Below, one piece after another: positions 38,531 to 48,637 of a DNA stretch of 61,356 nt. Origin of the DNA: Thermodesulfobacteriales bacterium (GTDB taxonomy: Bacteria > Desulfobacterota > Thermodesulfobacteria > Thermodesulfobacteriales > Thermodesulfatatoraceae); NCBI GenBank assembly GCA_026986115.1, contig JALSPG010000018.1, positions 1 through 61,356 of the forward strand, read 5' to 3'. The notes beneath the pieces are model-generated. The model did not search any database and had not been told where the DNA came from. It was given only the letters and a program-made list of their open reading frames with translations. Numbering within the stretch: position 1 is the stretch's first letter; every line of letters starts with the position of its first letter. Both the position numbers and the translations under genes were made by a program.

Positions 38531-38989
38531 ATGAAAAAGTTAGTTTTCTTTATTTTGGGAGGTTTATTGCTGAGTTGGTGGGGTTGGTCTTTGGCTGAAG
38601 AAAAGGCCCTTAACGCACTCCAGGTTCCGGTAGTGAAAAAATATGAGGTGAAAATGGGCAAAGTTTCTTTTCCTCACGCTAAACATTTTCTTGATGCCGG
38701 TTATTCCTGTGGTACTTGCCATCACGAAAAGAAAAGTGAAGTAAACGGGAAGATGGTCCCTACGCCCATGAGTGTGGAGAAGGTCAAGGCCCTTTATGCT
38801 GCAGGAAAATCTCCTTTTCAGTGTAAGACTTGTCATGGTGATCTCAAAAAGAGCCAATATAAGAAACTCTTCCACAAGAATTGTCTTTCCTGCCATAAGG
38901 CTATGAAAGCCGAGGGGAAAAAAGTTCCTACCAAATGTCGTGATTGTCATGTAAAAGCTAAAAAGCGTAAAGCCTTAGAAGGCTGTTAA
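38531..38989 (+). CDS. Tetraheme class III cytochrome c3
   Basis: Signal peptide, FPHAKH, four heme motifs (CGTCHH, CKTCH, CLSCH, CRDCH). Confidence 0.92.
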   Translation: MKKLVFFILGGLLLSWWGWSLAEEKALNALQVPVVKKYEVKMGKVSFPHAKHFLDAGYSCGTCHHEKKSEVNGKMVPTPMSVEKVKALYAAGKSPFQCKTCHGDLKKSQYKKLFHKNCLSCHKAMKAEGKKVPTKCRDCHVKAKKRKALEGC

Positions 38990-39005
38990 GCCTGTTTAAA
39001 AAGCC

Positions 39006-39040
39006 TTAAAGAGGGCGCCCTAGGCGCCCTCTTTAATTTT
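39006..39040 (+). terminator. Intrinsic terminator
   Basis: TTAAAGAGGGCGCC-cta-GGCGCCCTCTTTAA followed by TTTT. Confidence 0.8.
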
Positions 39041-39089
39041 GGTTTAAACTGCTTGACGAATATAATGAAGCCGCTTTCATCTAACAGAG

Positions 39090-40490
39090 ATGGCCAGAAA
39101 AATTTTTTTTGTCTTATTGATATTTTCCCTTGCGGCCTGTGGGCCTAAACCTCCGGTATCAAATCCTTCTTTTCCTGCGCTTCCTTCCAAATACCAAGGA
39201 GCTTCCTTTTTAAAAAATTTCCGTACCACCACCGAAGCCTGGTGGGAATCGTTTCAAGACGAAAATTTGAATCACTTAGTAAAAAAGCTGCTTTCTCAAA
39301 ATTTAGATCTTCTGGAGGCCCAAGCCCGTATCAGCGAGGCTCGAGCGCTTTTAAAAGAAAAACGCGCGGCCCAATTTCCTCGTCTTGATTTTAATTTTCG
39401 TGGAGATCGCCAAAAGATTGTGATTTTGGCCCCTTATTTTCGTGGTGGCGGTTATATCACCGGAAGATTTACGGGTTCTTTAGCAGCTTCTTACGAGGTA
39501 GATCTATGGCGAAAACTTTCCCACGCTACTCAGGCAGCTCGTTTGAAAATTTTGGCTGAAGAAGAGAACCGTCTTGCCTTGGCCCAAACCTTGGTGGCAG
39601 AGCTTGTAAGCCGCTATTTGGAAGGAGCTTTTTTGACATGTGAGCTTCGGGTCCTCAAAGAAGAGCTTTTTTCTCAAGAGGCCTATGTGGAGGTACTTGA
39701 AGAGCGCTATCAAGCGGGGTTGGCTGATCCTTCAGTCCTTGAGACAGAAAGGCGTCTTTTGGCTGCTTTAAAGGAAGAGGTTCCGCGTCTTGAGGCCGAG
39801 ATAACTACTCGCAAACAACAAATTGCCGTCCTTCTTGGAGAATATCCGGCATTAAAAATTTCTTTTACCCTTTGTGATTACGATCTGCCTCCCCCTCCTC
39901 CTGGGTTACCCTCGGATCTACTCTTGCGAAGGCCGGATCTTCGGGCGGCAAGGGCCCGGCTCCTGTCTGCTGCCGAAGAGGTAGCTTCTAGTCGGGCAGC
40001 ACGGTTTCCTAGCCTTTCTCTTACTGCTCGTGAAGGAAGGCTCTCCAACGCTTTAAACACCCTTCTGCGTCAGCGTAACCGCTTTTGGGAGTTAGCTTTT
40101 GAGGTTTTTCAGCCCCTTTTTGATGCCGGTGAGAGAAAGGCGCGGGAAGAGGCGGCCCGAGCGCGTTTTAGAGCCCTTGAGGCCTCCTACGCCAGGACAG
40201 TCCTTCAGGCCTTTTTTGAGGTGGAAAATGCCCTTTTGTTAGAAACGACTTGGCGTAAGAGACTTTTTCTTGCAGAAGAGCAGGAGCGGGCTGCCTGCCG
40301 AGAAAAAGAAATCAAAGATTTGCGGTATAAGTTGGGTGTGATACCGATACTTGATTATCTGAAGGCTAGACACTTCTGTGCTGAAAGAAAACGGCATACG
40401 CTTATGATCAGAAGCTCCCTTTTACTAAACCGGGTCTCCCTTTATCGCGTACTTGGTGGAGGATGGCCCAAACTTTTGCAGGGATCATGA
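39090..40490 (+). CDS. RND efflux outer-membrane lipoprotein (NodT/TolC family)
   Basis: Lipobox LAAC, WWESFQD, YEVDLW, LLRRPD, LGGGW. Confidence 0.93.
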   Translation: MARKIFFVLLIFSLAACGPKPPVSNPSFPALPSKYQGASFLKNFRTTTEAWWESFQDENLNHLVKKLLSQNLDLLEAQARISEARALLKEKRAAQFPRLDFNFRGDRQKIVILAPYFRGGGYITGRFTGSLAASYEVDLWRKLSHATQAARLKILAEEENRLALAQTLVAELVSRYLEGAFLTCELRVLKEELFSQEAYVEVLEERYQAGLADPSVLETERRLLAALKEEVPRLEAEITTRKQQIAVLLGEYPALKISFTLCDYDLPPPPPGLPSDLLLRRPDLRAARARLLSAAEEVASSRAARFPSLSLTAREGRLSNALNTLLRQRNRFWELAFEVFQPLFDAGERKAREEAARARFRALEASYARTVLQAFFEVENALLLETTWRKRLFLAEEQERAACREKEIKDLRYKLGVIPILDYLKARHFCAERKRHTLMIRSSLLLNRVSLYRVLGGGWPKLLQGS

Positions 40491-41635
40491 AAAAGAAGAG
40501 AATTTTTCAGGCTTTTTGGGTGGTCTTCTTCCTTTTTATAGGTCTGGCTGGGGCTCTTTATCTCCTCCATACTAAACCTAAACTAAAGAAGCGACGTTTT
40601 CGTCCACATCCTCCCCTTGTGAAGATAATAAAGGTCTTTCCGCAGAGTTACCAAATAAAAATTGAAGGTTTCGGGACGGTTTATCCTTTGCGTACCGGCC
40701 AAATTGTTCCGGAAGTGTCAGGGAAAGTAGTCTATGTGTCGCCTCGGTTGCTGGTAGGAGGACATTTCAAACGAGGTGAAATCCTTTTAAAAATAGACCC
40801 ACGTGACTATGAAGCAGCCTTGGCTTTGGCCGAAGCCGAACTGGAAGAAGCTCGTCAGCAGCTTGCTCAATTAGAAGCCGAAGCTCAGGCCGCTAAGACC
40901 GAATGGTATAAGATCCTCAAGCAGCAAACTCCTCCTTCTCCTTTGGTTTTAAAAGTGCCCCAGCTAGCAGCAGCCAGGGCTCGAGTTTCAGCAGCAGAAG
41001 CCAAAGTGAAAAAAGCCGCTCTAGACCTTTCTCGCACTGAAATAAAGGCCCCCTTTGATAGTATGGTGGTAGAAGTAAACGTAGAGACAGGGCAATATGT
41101 CTCTGCCGGCATGGTGCTTGGCAAAATCTATGATACTTCTGCCGTTGAAGTTCGAATCCCTTTAGAAACCAAATTTTTACCCTGGCTTGATATTCCTGGT
41201 CTCAATGCTTCTGGCTCAGGTTCTAAGGCCTTAGTATTCGTGAGGTTGGAGGAAGAAAAAAAATGGATAGGAAGGATCGTGCGGGCTGGTGCCGAGGCCG
41301 ACGAAAAGACCAGACTCCTCGATCTTTTTGTAAGGGTTGAAAATCCCTTCCAACGTCCTTTTCCTTTGCTTCCCGGATTTTTTGCCCGGGTGGAGCTCCT
41401 TGGAAAAAGATTTTCTCAGATCTTTGTCCTTCCTCGTCGGGCCCTCCACCTTGAAGATGGTCGTTGGATAGTTTGGGTCGTAGAAGATGATCGTCTCAAA
41501 AATCGAGAAGTAGAAGTTCTTTATTTTGCTAAAGAAGAAATCCTTGTGAGGAAAGGGCTAAAACCCGGAGATAATGTGGTGCTTTCTAGGTTAAATGGTC
41601 CTTTTCCGGGAATGAGAGTAAGAATTGCACCATGA
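40463..41635 (+). CDS. RND periplasmic adaptor (MFP)
   Basis: N-terminal TM, PEVSGKV, IKAPFD, GLKPGD. Confidence 0.92.
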   Translation: MAQTFAGIMKKKRIFQAFWVVFFLFIGLAGALYLLHTKPKLKKRRFRPHPPLVKIIKVFPQSYQIKIEGFGTVYPLRTGQIVPEVSGKVVYVSPRLLVGGHFKRGEILLKIDPRDYEAALALAEAELEEARQQLAQLEAEAQAAKTEWYKILKQQTPPSPLVLKVPQLAAARARVSAAEAKVKKAALDLSRTEIKAPFDSMVVEVNVETGQYVSAGMVLGKIYDTSAVEVRIPLETKFLPWLDIPGLNASGSGSKALVFVRLEEEKKWIGRIVRAGAEADEKTRLLDLFVRVENPFQRPFPLLPGFFARVELLGKRFSQIFVLPRRALHLEDGRWIVWVVEDDRLKNREVEVLYFAKEEILVRKGLKPGDNVVLSRLNGPFPGMRVRIAP

Positions 41636-44600
41636 AGGCGCTCATTGCTTGGTTTGCCGAAAATCATGTCGCCGCCAATCTGCTCATGTTTTTTCTACTT
41701 TCTGCAGGCATCCTTTCGGCTTTTTATCTCAAAGTAGAGATTTTTCCGGAAGTGGCTTTAGATCAAATTGAGGTGCGAGTGGAGTATCGTGGCGCTTCTC
41801 CAGACGAGGTAGAAGATTCTGTAATTCGGCCCATTGAAGAACGTATTTCAGGTCTTCCGGGTATTGAGCGCATTTATTCTGTGGCTTCAGAGGGTCTAGG
41901 CACTATCACTGTAGAGGTGATGAAGGGCTGGGATGTTAACAAACTTTATGACGATATAAAAGTAGAAGTAGATAGTCTGACTATCCTTCCAAAGGAAGCC
42001 GAAAGGCCGGTAGTGCGTCGGGTAGCAAGGCGCTATCCTGTCATAAATATTGCCCTTTATGGAGACATTTCCGAGTCTTCTCTTAAGTATTGGGCTGAAA
42101 GGGTCAAAGAGGAGCTCCTCTCCTTGCCAGAAGTTACCGAAGTGGCTTATTTTGCTTTACGGCCTGCTGAGATTCATATAGAGGTCTCTGAAGAAACCCT
42201 TCGCAAATATGGTCTCAGCCTTTTCGAGATTTCCCGTCTTATCCGTGAACAGAGTCTTGATCTCCCGGCGGGGCGTATCTTTGACCCGTCAAAAGAAATT
42301 CTTCTAAGAGTTCAGGGGAAAAAGTATTACGCCCGCGGTTACAGTGAGCTTCCAATTATCTCTTCTCCTCAAGGAGAGGAAATAAAACTACGCAGTTTGG
42401 CTACGGTTAAGGATGAATTTCGCGATGTGATTGATTTATTTGCCTATTTTAAAGGTAAGCGGGCGGCGGTAATTGAGGTTTTTCGGCTGGGAAACCAGAA
42501 TGTCCTTGCTATTTCAAGGGCGGTAAATGCCTATTTTCCGGTGCTCAAGTCTCATCTTCCTGAGGGGCTTTCTTTGGAGATTTTCGAAGACCATTCCCAG
42601 ATTTTAAAGGCCCGACTTTTTTTGCTCCTCAAGAATATGGGGCTGGGCATGCTCCTTGTAATCGTGATGCTCGGATTTTTTCTGAACCCCAAACTTTCCT
42701 TTTGGATCATGCTGGGTATTCCTATCTCTTTTGCTACGGCACTCTTTCTCATGCCCCATTTTGAGGTCTCTATCAATATGGTCTCGCTTTTTGCCTTTAT
42801 TCTGGTGCTGGGAATTGTAGTAGACGACGCCATTGTCATCGGAGAAAACGTCTTTCGTCTCCGAGAAGAAGGAATCCCTCCCCTTCAAGCCGCTATAAAA
42901 GGGACCATTGAAGTTGCTCAGCCTGTAATCTTTGCCGTTCTCACCACAATGGCAGCTTTCTGGCCCCTTCTTTACGGCACAGGGGTGCTTGGAAAATTTA
43001 TTCGGGTCATTCCAGTTGTTGTAATTTTGGTATTGCTGGGTTCACTCCTTGAAGCCCTTTTTGTTCTTCCTGCTCACCTTGCGGCAACCAAAGGGCATAT
43101 TTCTCCCGAAGGGGCAAGTTTTCTGGCCCGTGGACTCAAAAGATTCGTGTCCGGGCCCTACCGTCGGCTTCTTCTTTTTAGTTTGCGTTGGCGCTATGCT
43201 ACGCTAGCCGCGGCCTTGGCAATTCTCATTCTCTGTCTAGCTCTTTGGCTGGGAGGGCGTATTAAATTTACCTTTTTCCCTCGCGTGGAAAGTGATGACA
43301 TCAATTGCTACCTTACCATGCCAGCTGGCACTCCTGTCTCCCAAACTTTAGCTATCGCCCGAGAGATAGAAAAGAAAGGGCTTGAGGTAGTAAAAGAATA
43401 TGAAAAAAAATACAAAAAATCCTTGCTAGAGTACTCTATGGTAATGATAGGGGTACACCAGGCCCGTCATGGTCCCAAAGCTGGAAGCCCAAGTATAGGT
43501 TCTCATCTGGCTCAAGTTACTATTGAACTTGTTCCCGGTGAAAAACGTCCAGGAATAAGTACTAGAGAAATTGTCCGGAAATGGCGGAAAAGGGTGGGAG
43601 AAGTCCCCGGAGCCGAAGGGGTTCTCTTTCAAAGTGAACTTTTCGGCCTCGGTAAACCCATTGAGGTGGCTCTATCCTTGCGAGATGAGCAGGCCCTTTT
43701 TGCAGCGGTAGAGGAGTTCAAAAAAGAACTTGCTCGCATCCCCGGGGTTCACGACATTGAAGATAGTTTTCTCCCGGGCAAAGAGGAAATAAAACTTAAG
43801 TTAAGGGAAGGGGCAAGAAGTCTGGGAATTACTCTTGAAGAGGTAGCGCGGGCTGTAAGACACGCTTTTTACGGGGCAGAAGCTTTGCGCGTTCAGCGGG
43901 GGGAAGACGAAGTTCAGGTTTTGGTGCGCTATCCCAAGGCTGCTCGTTCTTTGCTCTGGAGTCTTGAAAATTTTAGACTTCACCTGGCAGATGGGCGTGA
44001 AATTCCTCTAGAGGAAGTGGCCTCTTTTGAGCGCGGCGAGAGTTATGTCACTCTTGAGAGACTCGATTGCCGAAGGGTTATCAGGGTCTTGGCTGAGGTG
44101 GATGAAAAAGTAGCCAATGCCGCAGAAATTAGAGATTATCTCAAGAAAGAATTTTTGCCTGCCCTGAAGAGCAGATATCCCGGGCTTGTATATTCCATTG
44201 AAGGGGAGGGAAGAAGACAGCGAGAGGCAATGCGTGATGTCGTAAAAGGCTTTTTGGTGGCTCAGCTTGCTATTTTTGCCCTCCTTTCCATTCCACTAAG
44301 GTCCTATCTTCAACCTTTGGTAATTATGTTTGCGGTCCCCTTTGGGATTATAGGAGCATTTTTGGGTCATAAAATTATGGGTTACCATCTTAATATTTTA
44401 AGTTTTTTTGGGATTGTAGGTCTTTCTGGTGTGGTGGTTAATGATTCTTTGGTGCTCCTTGATCTGACAAATCGTCTACGCAAAGCAGGTGAAGAAGCCC
44501 ATAATGCGGTGGTGGAGGCTGCTCAAAAACGTTTTCGGCCTATTGTCCTTACTACCCTTACTACCTTTGTAGGTCTTATGCCCATGATCTTTGAAAAGAG

Positions 44601-44745
44601 TCTCCAAGCCCGAGTCTTGATTCCTATGGCTATCAGTTTGGGCTTTGGAGTGCTTTTCGCTACTTTTATCACCCTCCTCATTATTCCTTGTTCTTACCTA
44701 ATTTTAGAGGATTTCCAGAGACTATTTCGAGAAAAAATAAAGTAA
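41632..44745 (+). CDS. RND efflux permease (AcrB family)
   Basis: GIVVDDAIVIGEN, GVVVND, RFRPIVLTTLTT. Confidence 0.95.
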   Translation: MKALIAWFAENHVAANLLMFFLLSAGILSAFYLKVEIFPEVALDQIEVRVEYRGASPDEVEDSVIRPIEERISGLPGIERIYSVASEGLGTITVEVMKGWDVNKLYDDIKVEVDSLTILPKEAERPVVRRVARRYPVINIALYGDISESSLKYWAERVKEELLSLPEVTEVAYFALRPAEIHIEVSEETLRKYGLSLFEISRLIREQSLDLPAGRIFDPSKEILLRVQGKKYYARGYSELPIISSPQGEEIKLRSLATVKDEFRDVIDLFAYFKGKRAAVIEVFRLGNQNVLAISRAVNAYFPVLKSHLPEGLSLEIFEDHSQILKARLFLLLKNMGLGMLLVIVMLGFFLNPKLSFWIMLGIPISFATALFLMPHFEVSINMVSLFAFILVLGIVVDDAIVIGENVFRLREEGIPPLQAAIKGTIEVAQPVIFAVLTTMAAFWPLLYGTGVLGKFIRVIPVVVILVLLGSLLEALFVLPAHLAATKGHISPEGASFLARGLKRFVSGPYRRLLLFSLRWRYATLAAALAILILCLALWLGGRIKFTFFPRVESDDINCYLTMPAGTPVSQTLAIAREIEKKGLEVVKEYEKKYKKSLLEYSMVMIGVHQARHGPKAGSPSIGSHLAQVTIELVPGEKRPGISTREIVRKWRKRVGEVPGAEGVLFQSELFGLGKPIEVALSLRDEQALFAAVEEFKKELARIPGVHDIEDSFLPGKEEIKLKLREGARSLGITLEEVARAVRHAFYGAEALRVQRGEDEVQVLVRYPKAARSLLWSLENFRLHLADGREIPLEEVASFERGESYVTLERLDCRRVIRVLAEVDEKVANAAEIRDYLKKEFLPALKSRYPGLVYSIEGEGRRQREAMRDVVKGFLVAQLAIFALLSIPLRSYLQPLVIMFAVPFGIIGAFLGHKIMGYHLNILSFFGIVGLSGVVVNDSLVLLDLTNRLRKAGEEAHNAVVEAAQKRFRPIVLTTLTTFVGLMPMIFEKSLQARVLIPMAISLGFGVLFATFITLLIIPCSYLILEDFQRLFREKIK

Positions 44746-44806
44746 ATTTTAAATTTTTTTTCTTAAATATCGAATTTTTACGTGAGGGGTGGGCCATATT
44801 ATATAG

Positions 44807-45208
44807 ATGGAGGTGGCCCAGATGAGTTTTGTTCTTTGGAAACCTTGTTATTGTATCGGAGATTCCAAAATTGATGCTCAACACCGTAAGCTCGTTTCCA
44901 TTCTCAATTTTCTTCACGATCGTATTTTAGAAGCCTGTTCGAAGAAATTGGTCGATCGGATTCTTATGGAGCTTGTGTGTTACGCTGAAGAACATTTTCA
45001 GGACGAAGAAAGTCTGATGGAAAAGATCCGTTACCCCGCTCTTGAACACCATCGTCAAGAACATGAGAGGCTTCTTGTGGAAGTCTTTGCTTTCAAAAAA
45101 AAGTTTGACCATGGCCTTGCCACTAAGATGGAACTTTTACACTTTTTGCGGGACTGGCTTATAAACCACGTCATTAACGAAGATCTGGAGATAAAAAAAT
45201 ATCTTTAA
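44807..45208 (+). CDS. Bacteriohemerythrin
   Basis: IDAQHRKL, HFQDEE, HRQEH, WLINHVINED. Confidence 0.92.
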   Translation: MEVAQMSFVLWKPCYCIGDSKIDAQHRKLVSILNFLHDRILEACSKKLVDRILMELVCYAEEHFQDEESLMEKIRYPALEHHRQEHERLLVEVFAFKKKFDHGLATKMELLHFLRDWLINHVINEDLEIKKYL

Positions 45209-45269
45209 ATTTTTTCTTGGCTTTTTAAGCCTTCGAATTTATAATTCTTCTAAATATAAGAAGGAGGGT

Positions 45270-45764
45270 GTGATGGAAAGAAGAGCTTTTTTGAAAGGAG
45301 CTTTAGGAGGTCTGGCCCTCTTGGCCGCTTTTAAAGAGGCAAAAGCTTACGATTTTCAGGAAAAGATCAAAGAATATAAGGAAAAATACGTCTCGGGGGC
45401 TTCACAAAAGGGAGAGAAGCTTTTGCGCCTGAAAAATCGCGAAAATCCCTCTCTTTTAGAAAAAAAGCACGTTCCCGCCATTATTGCCCCGAAAGTTGTA
45501 GGCGCCGGAGAATGGTTTGAAGTTAAAGTAAAAGTGGGCTTTATGGTAACGCATCCTTCTACTCCAAAACATTGGATTACAAAAATCTATCTTTTGTCTG
45601 ATGGCCAAAAAATCGCAGAGGTCAACTATCCCCTCGGTGGGGTAGCGGCTTCTGAAGCCACTTTTAAAATACGTTTAGACAAGAGCGCCAAACTTGAAGC
45701 CGTTGAAAATTGCAACCTTCATGGCACCTGGATAAGCGATCCCTTTGAGATCAAAGTAGTTTAG
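45270..45764 (+). CDS. Tat-exported superoxide reductase-like (SORL/neelaredoxin) protein
   Basis: ERRAFLK Tat motif; EKKHVP, HPSTPKHWI and CNLHG iron ligands. Confidence 0.85.
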   Translation: MMERRAFLKGALGGLALLAAFKEAKAYDFQEKIKEYKEKYVSGASQKGEKLLRLKNRENPSLLEKKHVPAIIAPKVVGAGEWFEVKVKVGFMVTHPSTPKHWITKIYLLSDGQKIAEVNYPLGGVAASEATFKIRLDKSAKLEAVENCNLHGTWISDPFEIKVV

Positions 45765-45778
45765 TTAAGAAGGGGGCG

Positions 45779-46588
45779 TTAGCCCCCTTTCTTTATTTCT
45801 TCCCAAAGGGCATCCATCTCGGAAAGGGGTGTTTCTTTAAGGTCTTTTCCTAGACCTTTGAGACGAGATTCCATCTTTCGGAAACGTTTTTCGAATTTTT
45901 CATTGGCAGCTTTTAGGGCTTCTTCCGGATTGATACCAAGTTTGCGAGAAAAATTAGCAATAGTGAAGAGTAAATCTCCTATTTCTTCAAAAATCCGGCT
46001 TTTTTCTCCCTGAGACAAGGCCTGTAAAAGCTCTTTTATTTCTTCTTCTATTTTGGGAAAGAGGTCTTGAGGGTCTTTCCAATCAAAACCCACCCTGCTG
46101 GCCCTTTCGCCCAGGCGGAAAGCTCTTTGAAGGGCTGGCAGGTTTTTGGGGAGATTTCCCAAAGCCGAAGAGGCCTGGCCTTTTTCGAGGGTTTCTTTTT
46201 CTTTTATACTTTGCCATTGCTTGATTACGTCTTCGGCTTCTGCAAGTTTTTTCTCACCGAAGACATGAGGATGGCGCCGGATCATCTTTTCGGCACAAAG
46301 GGTTAGAACGTCTGCAAGGTGGAAATTTCCGGCTTCTTCGTAAAGATAGGCTAGGAAAATCAACAAAAAGAGTAGATCCCCGATTTCTTCACACACTAGT
46401 AAGGGTTCATGATGATCGATCGCTTCACTGACTTCATAGGCCTCTTCGAGAACATACTTTTTAAGGCTTTCTGGAGTTTGTTTGCGATCCCAGGGGCAAC
46501 CATCCGGAGCACGCAAGCGTGCTACAATCTCTACTAGTTTCACAAAAAGAGGACCAAGGTGGTCGAAGCTTTTATCTTTTTCCTTCAT
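45779..46588 (-). CDS. mazG: Nucleoside triphosphate pyrophosphohydrolase
   Basis: LRAPDGCPWDRKQT, EEIGDLL twice, RRHPHVF. Confidence 0.96.
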   Translation of the reverse strand: MKEKDKSFDHLGPLFVKLVEIVARLRAPDGCPWDRKQTPESLKKYVLEEAYEVSEAIDHHEPLLVCEEIGDLLFLLIFLAYLYEEAGNFHLADVLTLCAEKMIRRHPHVFGEKKLAEAEDVIKQWQSIKEKETLEKGQASSALGNLPKNLPALQRAFRLGERASRVGFDWKDPQDLFPKIEEEIKELLQALSQGEKSRIFEEIGDLLFTIANFSRKLGINPEEALKAANEKFEKRFRKMESRLKGLGKDLKETPLSEMDALWEEIKKGG

Positions 46589-47105
46589 GGCTTAATATGC
46601 GCCGTAGATTGTAATTAAACCGCGCTTTGATTTTGGGAGGAAAGACCTCTGCTAGAAACCGGGCGCTTTTCATTAAATAAGGATAGGTGTAAGAGCCCGA
46701 AAAGAGTTTTTCTCCTCGGGGATAAAAAGTGGTAAGGAGGATGAATAACACACTCAGGAGAAGTAAGCCCTTAATTCCTCCCAAGAAAGCACCTAAGAGA
46801 TGATCTAGCCAAGATAGGCGGGTTTTTTGCAAGATTCGCACTAAAATTTCTACTACAATAAAAACCGCCAAGAAGCCCAGAGAAAATGCCAAGGCATAAG
46901 CAACTACCTTGAGCCAAGAGGCAGAGACCCAGGGTGCTAAGATATTTTCTATCAAATTTCCGTAGCGTAAGGAGACAAGATACCCTGCTATAAGCCCCGC
47001 TAAGGAAGACAACCCTCGTAAAAACCCTATCCAGGTATTACGAATGATAAAAAAGAGCAAGACCGCCAAAACCAAAATATCTATCCAGGGTAAAGGAAGT
47101 TTCAT
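46572..47105 (-). CDS. cvpA: CvpA family membrane protein
   Basis: WIDILVL...GFLR, LSWLDHLLGAFLGGIKG. Likely start MKLP overlaps the cysS stop. Confidence 0.85.
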   Translation of the reverse strand: MKLPLPWIDILVLAVLLFFIIRNTWIGFLRGLSSLAGLIAGYLVSLRYGNLIENILAPWVSASWLKVVAYALAFSLGFLAVFIVVEILVRILQKTRLSWLDHLLGAFLGGIKGLLLLSVLFILLTTFYPRGEKLFSGSYTYPYLMKSARFLAEVFPPKIKARFNYNLRRILSHEGKR

Positions 47106-48574
47106 ATCACCTTCCAAAAGGTTCCCCAAGGAGTATCACGAAGTTCTATTCCCTTCTGGGCAAGATCGTCTCTAATAGCATCTGCTTTGGCGAAATCTTT
47201 TTTCTCTCGGGCAGCTTGTCGTTCGGAGATAAGCCTTTCAATTTCTTGACGCGAGATCCCTTTTGCTGCCAGAGCCTTTTCGCGACGGGCCTCAATAAAG
47301 GCTTCTGGCTCTTCGGTGAGGATTCCGAGGAGGTTTCCAGCCAATTTGCGTACGATTTCTTCTCCCTGGCGAGCTACTTCTAGGTGAATAGGAGAGGGAA
47401 AACGGCCGCAAAGTTTGAGAAGGCCGTTTAAGATACGTTCTAGAGTGAATAGTTCTCCGATAGCTTTGGCAGTGTTAAGGTCGTCTGCCAGGGCCCCGAG
47501 AAAACGTTCTTCAAAGTTAGCAATGGTTTGTCTTGCTTCTTCAAGGGGCTTTTGATGTTTTTTGGGAGGTTTTTCTGTTACGGGCTTTAAACGGCGTAAG
47601 AGATAAAGGGTCTCGTAAAACCCTTCAAGGGCCTTTTCATGATCTGAAACCACTTTTTCTGAGTAGTCAAGCGGGCTGCGGTAATGCATGGACAGCAGAA
47701 AGAGCCGCAAGGCCTCGGGGTGATGCTTGGCCAGCATCTGTTTGATGGTGATAAAGTTGCCCAAACTTTTGGACATCTTTTCTCGCCCTACAGTAACCAT
47801 TCCGTTGTGGAGCCAATAACGAACAAAGGGCTTTCCTGTAGCCGCTTCACTCTGTGCGATTTCGTTTTCATGATGGGGAAAGATGAGATCAAGCCCTCCT
47901 CCATGAATATCAATGGTTTCACCCAAATAATGCATGGCCATAGCGGAACATTCGATATGCCAGCCAGGTCTTCCCCGCCCCCAGGGGCTTTCCCAAGAGG
48001 GTTCACCGGGTTTTTCGGCCTTCCAAAGGGCGAAATCTAAAGGATGGTGTTTTTTTTCTGAGACCGAAACCCTGGCCCCGGCTTGCATTTCTTCTAGTCT
48101 TCTGCCGGAAAGCTTTCCATATTCGGGAAATTTTTCTACCGAAAAGTAGACGTCTCCCTCTACTACATAGGCGAAACCTTTTTCAAGCAGCCGTTCAATA
48201 AGGGCAATGATCTGGGGAATATGTTCTGTAGCCCGCGGTTCGTAAGTGGGGGGAAGCACCTTAAGAGCTTCCATGTCTTCCTGATAAGAGCGAATATAGC
48301 GCTCAGCCAACTCTTTGGTGTTTGTGCCTTCTTCTTGGGCTCGTCGGATAATCTTGTCATCAATATCAGTAAAATTGCGCACATAATGGACTTCATAGCC
48401 AATATACTTCAAGAAACGATAAAGCACGTCAAAGACTACCGCTGCCCTGGCGTGTCCCAGATGAGATTCGTCATAGGCTGTAACTCCGCAGACATACATG
48501 GTGGCCTTGGGAGGGGCCAAAGGCTTAAAAAGCTCCTTTTTACGCGAAAGGGTATTATAAAACTTGATTTCCAT
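47102..48574 (-). CDS. cysS: Cysteine--tRNA ligase
   Basis: MYVCGVT, HLGH, GRPGWHIEC, KMSKS. Confidence 0.97.
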   Translation of the reverse strand: MEIKFYNTLSRKKELFKPLAPPKATMYVCGVTAYDESHLGHARAAVVFDVLYRFLKYIGYEVHYVRNFTDIDDKIIRRAQEEGTNTKELAERYIRSYQEDMEALKVLPPTYEPRATEHIPQIIALIERLLEKGFAYVVEGDVYFSVEKFPEYGKLSGRRLEEMQAGARVSVSEKKHHPLDFALWKAEKPGEPSWESPWGRGRPGWHIECSAMAMHYLGETIDIHGGGLDLIFPHHENEIAQSEAATGKPFVRYWLHNGMVTVGREKMSKSLGNFITIKQMLAKHHPEALRLFLLSMHYRSPLDYSEKVVSDHEKALEGFYETLYLLRRLKPVTEKPPKKHQKPLEEARQTIANFEERFLGALADDLNTAKAIGELFTLERILNGLLKLCGRFPSPIHLEVARQGEEIVRKLAGNLLGILTEEPEAFIEARREKALAAKGISRQEIERLISERQAAREKKDFAKADAIRDDLAQKGIELRDTPWGTFWKVI

Positions 48575-48612
48575 GGAGGAGTTTTATACCAGCCCTAGGG
48601 GAGGGTAGCAAG

Positions 48613-48637
48613 AAAGGGGGGCAAAGCCCCCCATTTT
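48613..48637 (-). terminator. Intrinsic terminator after fbp
   Basis: GGGGGGC-aaa-GCCCCCC with flanking A/T runs. Confidence 0.65.
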
